A stretch of 64,000 nt of DNA from an uncultured Gammaproteobacteria bacterium (GTDB lineage Bacteria; Patescibacteriota; Patescibacteriia; SG8-24), in the NCBI GenBank assembly GCA_964491475.1, contig CAZBFO010000005.1:841-64840 (forward strand), read 5' to 3'. Shown here one piece after another: positions 60,953 through 64,000 of the stretch (position 1 is the stretch's first letter; each line of letters begins with the position of its first letter). The notes under the pieces were generated by a model that was given only the letters and a program-made list of their open reading frames with translations, did no database searches and was not told where the DNA came from. The position numbers and the translations under genes were made by a program.

Positions 60953-61900
60953 ATGGCGAAATCCACCGAATTGGTAACCGATTACCTTAATTACCTCGAA
61001 ATCGAACGCAACCGTTCCATTCGAACGGTAAGGAATTACGATTTCTACCTTCGTAGGTTTTTCACGTGGGCAAAGGGCATTCGGCCAGAGGCAATCACTC
61101 TCGACACCATACGCGCTTACCGCCTTTGGCTGAATCGTTATCGAGACGACAACGGCCGCGAAATGAAGAAAAACACCCAGAACTACCATCTCATCGCCCT
61201 GCGTTCGTTCCTCAAATACTTGGCCAAGAGGGATATCAAGACGCTGGCATCCGAAAAAATAGAGCTGGCCAAGATGCCCGAACGTTCGGTGGAATTTTTG
61301 GCCGCAGGGGAGTTGGAACGCCTGCTCGATGCTCCACTTAACGGTGGAAAAGTTGTTGATAAGACTGTGGGCATCTTGTCGCTCCGCGACAAGGCGATTC
61401 TGGAAATGCTTTTTTCCACCGGTTTGCGCGTGTCGGAGCTGGCCGGACTCAATCGAAAGATACTGAACTTGAAGCAGGAAGAGTTCACCGTGCGCGGTAA
61501 AGGCGACAAGCCGCGCGTTGTTTTCCTGTCCAATCAGGCTAGGTATTGGCTCAAACAGTATTTGGACAGGAGAAAAGACATCGATCCGGCCATCTTTGTG
61601 AGTCATGATCGTGCCGCAAATGGCCGCGAAACTGCAGGAGGACTTACTCCAAGAAGCATCCAGAGGATCGTTGAGCATTATGCCAGGGCCGCAGGCATCA
61701 CCAAGCGCATCACGCCGCACACGGTCCGCCACACCTTTGCCACCGATTTGCTGCGCAACGGAGCCGATATCCGCAGCGTGCAGACGCTTCTGGGCCATGC
61801 CTCCATAACCACCACCCAGATTTACACCCATATCACCGACGAACGCCTGCGAGAGGTGTACAATACCTTCCACGGTAAGCGCCGGAAAAAGGAGAATTAA
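60953..61900 (+). CDS. XerC/D-like tyrosine recombinase
   Basis: RD.AILE.LFSTGLRVSEL, GKGDK.R, PHTVRHTFAT, LGHASITTTQIYTH. Confidence 0.93.
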   Translation: MAKSTELVTDYLNYLEIERNRSIRTVRNYDFYLRRFFTWAKGIRPEAITLDTIRAYRLWLNRYRDDNGREMKKNTQNYHLIALRSFLKYLAKRDIKTLASEKIELAKMPERSVEFLAAGELERLLDAPLNGGKVVDKTVGILSLRDKAILEMLFSTGLRVSELAGLNRKILNLKQEEFTVRGKGDKPRVVFLSNQARYWLKQYLDRRKDIDPAIFVSHDRAANGRETAGGLTPRSIQRIVEHYARAAGITKRITPHTVRHTFATDLLRNGADIRSVQTLLGHASITTTQIYTHITDERLREVYNTFHGKRRKKEN

Positions 61901-61981
61901 GCCCGTCGTTATTGACGGGTAAGCAAAAACTTGGTATCTTCCGCGAGTGCCAAGTACGACGCAACAGCGACCGCGCGCCAT

Positions 61982-62058
61982 GTGCCCGTAGCTCAGCTGG
62001 ATAGAGCAGCTGCCTTCTAAGCAGCAGGTCGGACGTTCGATTCGTCCCGGGCACACCA
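61982..62058 (+). tRNA. tRNA-Arg(TCT)
   Basis: GTGCCCG...CGGGCAC-A-CCA; GCTGC-CTTCTAA-GCAGC. Confidence 0.95.
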
Positions 62059-62073
62059 CAAAAAAGACCACAT

Positions 62074-62149
62074 GGTGGCTATGGTGTAATGGTTAACACA
62101 GCGGGTTGTGGTCCCGCTGATGAGGGTTCGATTCCCTCTAGCCACCCCA
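62074..62149 (+). tRNA. tRNA-His(GTG)
   Basis: G-1 then GTGGCTA...TAGCCAC-C-CCA; GCGGG-TTGTGGT-CCCGC. Confidence 0.95.
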
Positions 62150-62260
62150 CGAGAGACGGACTTCCCCAAAGAGGTCCGTTTTTCGTTCCGCGGAATGTCG
62201 GCAAATGTGCTATGGTGGCAAAGATATCGTTTTCGAAATCATTTTGGTGACGTCATACCT

Positions 62261-63031
62261 ATGTACGCGGCAAAATCGGCCATCTACCGTCTCCCGCTCG
62301 CTCTTCAGCTTCTCATATTCGCCGTTGTTTCCGTGCTCTTGGCGGTGGGCGTTCCCTACAGCAAGGGCATCTATGAACTGAACAATACGGCTCTCCAGAG
62401 CTTGGCCGTGCTGTACGCCATCACCATCGCGTTCCTGATGTCTATTTCCATCGGGCGCCGCCGCTCGTTGCAGTCGATGATCCTGCTGGAGCTCAACAAG
62501 GTGCGGCGAGTCGATCATTTGGCAAAAAATATCGTTTTACAGCAGGCGGAGCTGCAGCCTTGGTATGTAGAATTGCACGCGTGCTTGGAGCAGTACTTGG
62601 AATTTTTTCGTAAACACGACATTGACGATTACGAGAAGGGGAATGCGCTGTTCCGTAAGGCGACCTACCTGATTTACTCGCTTCCGCAGCGAAAAGCCTC
62701 GTTTCAAGACGCGTTGTACGGCGAACTGTTGAGCACTACGGGAAGCGCCACGGAAGCCAGGGAATATGTGGGCAACTTGATTGCGCCCAACGTCGGCGGC
62801 TTTCAACTCGGAGTGGTACTGGTAATCAGTTTGGCCTTGAGCGTGATGACGGCCGCGACAAGCCCCTTCGATTTGATGGCACGCGTCGGCGTGGCTGCGG
62901 CCAGCTTCTGTACGTTCTTGGCATTGGGCATGTTCTACAACTACGAATTTATAGGAGGAAAAACGAAGCGTGCCATGGCCGATCTGTACGTGGAAAATCA
63001 GCAGCACCTCATCGGAACAAAGGTTGAATAG
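62261..63031 (+). CDS. Hypothetical 4-TM membrane protein
   Basis: Two TM pairs around a soluble helical region; the track's upstream extension overlaps tRNA-His. Confidence 0.7.
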   Translation: MYAAKSAIYRLPLALQLLIFAVVSVLLAVGVPYSKGIYELNNTALQSLAVLYAITIAFLMSISIGRRRSLQSMILLELNKVRRVDHLAKNIVLQQAELQPWYVELHACLEQYLEFFRKHDIDDYEKGNALFRKATYLIYSLPQRKASFQDALYGELLSTTGSATEAREYVGNLIAPNVGGFQLGVVLVISLALSVMTAATSPFDLMARVGVAAASFCTFLALGMFYNYEFIGGKTKRAMADLYVENQQHLIGTKVE

Positions 63032-63143
63032 CACGAAAACCCCTCACAAAAGAGGGGTTTTCGTTTGCCCGGTGGGGTACGGGGCATTGTCAGCTTTGCG
63101 GACATGTGTTCTACTTTCGGTCCGTGCAAACAGGAGGACGCGC

Positions 63144-63626
63144 ATGGAAAACCAGGAAACGCTCGCAGTCGACATCGGCGGACCCATTCTGAATGCCAAG
63201 GGCGGTTCCAGCCCGCAGGTCTATGCGGCAGCGCCGCCGACGAAGGGCGCCTTCAGGGCGCTGCGCAAGTTGAGCCTGCAGCGGTTTTACCGCCGCATCT
63301 ACCTGATCTCGCAGTGCAACGAGGAAATCCAGGCCATCAAGCTTTCCTGGATGCTCCGTCACGACTTCTACTCCAGGTCAGGCATCATTCCTGGTCATGT
63401 GCGCTTCGTGCGCAAGCCGGAAGAGAAGGCCGTCGTCTGCAAGGAGGTCGGTGCCACCCACTACGTCGACGACCGGCCGTCGATCGTCGCGCATGCCATC
63501 GGCATCGTGCCCAACCTGTTCCTTTTTCGGCCCGATCCGGCCGAGCTCGGCAAACATCCGGAACTGATGCTCGCCGCCCGCGAGGTCGAAGACTGGAAAC
63601 ACCTGCTCCCGCTGCTCCTTCCCTGA
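63144..63626 (+). CDS. HAD-superfamily hydrolase-like protein
   Basis: SD GGAGG; LAVDIGGPI (degenerate motif I), LIS, EK...C, YVDDRP. Confidence 0.65.
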   Translation: MENQETLAVDIGGPILNAKGGSSPQVYAAAPPTKGAFRALRKLSLQRFYRRIYLISQCNEEIQAIKLSWMLRHDFYSRSGIIPGHVRFVRKPEEKAVVCKEVGATHYVDDRPSIVAHAIGIVPNLFLFRPDPAELGKHPELMLAAREVEDWKHLLPLLLP

Positions 63627-63705
63627 ACGTCACGTTTTGCGCCAGCAACCTGGCGCTTTTTCATACGAAAAACCCCGAGCCGAAGCCCGGGGTTTGCCGT
63701 TCACG

Positions 63706-64000
63706 TTACTTGCTGGTCGAATAGCTGCCGACGATCTTGGCTAATCCGGCGCGGTAATCGGTCCAGGAAAAATCCTTGAACGCGTCCTTCTTTTTGGTGA
63801 AAGTCAGCACCACGTACTGGCCGGACTTTTCGGTCACGTAGTAGTCGGTGGCCGAAGCGCCATCCTTGGCGTCGACGGCGGTGTGGCAGAACGTGGCCCC
63901 GCCGGCCGTGAGGCTGTCGGTCTTGCCGTCAGCGGCGACGAAACAACTGTCCTTGAAGCGTGCGTCACCCTTGCTGGCGACGGAGGTGTCCCACATCGGC
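63706..64000 (-). CDS. C-terminal part of a hypothetical protein (starts beyond the window)
   Basis: Open frame to the edge, ending at a bidirectional hairpin at 63668-63696. Confidence 0.6.
   Translation of the reverse strand, partial: PMWDTSVASKGDARFKDSCFVAADGKTDSLTAGGATFCHTAVDAKDGASATDYYVTEKSGQYVVLTFTKKKDAFKDFSWTDYRAGLAKIVGSYSTSK

Noticed and set aside
52985-62149. Prophage or genomic island integrated at tRNA-Arg/His
   Set aside because: No duplicated att core found, no phage structural genes, and the fibre gene has a signal segment and a host-like promoter.

Overview
A 64 kb chromosomal window around dnaA from a GC-rich bacterium using the standard genetic code. It is most likely a Patescibacteria/CPR organism; this is inferred from the gene set, the scarcity of Shine-Dalgarno motifs and the giant Thr/Gly/Ser-rich surface proteins. 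The core contains housekeeping genes (dnaA, dnaN, rpmH, rnpA, yidD, polA, holA, rpsT, rpsO, pnp, tig, nfo, hppA, lspA, PBP1A, ROK, rmuC, comM, a lexA/umuD-like gene, a Y-family polymerase, a Xer-like recombinase) and five tRNAs. The most interesting structure is outside that core: (1) a four-gene surface operon at 6.3-15.8 kb whose domain sharing suggests a tip/shaft/chaperone/membrane-anchor fibre without an usher or sortase, with a ~760 nt highly structured RNA segment in front of the putative major subunit; (2) two paralogous giant tail-fibre-like adhesin genes in inverted orientation, almost exactly symmetric about dnaN-dnaA, sharing DNA modules, one next to a tyrosine recombinase; (3) three long GC-rich fold-back elements with a covarying CCGCAG-loop core; (4) a promoter-to-terminator ~380 nt candidate ncRNA upstream of dksA; (5) an AT-rich DnaA-box/parS region about 14 kb from dnaA. 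Functional calls rest on motif recognition by eye; no database search or folding program was run.
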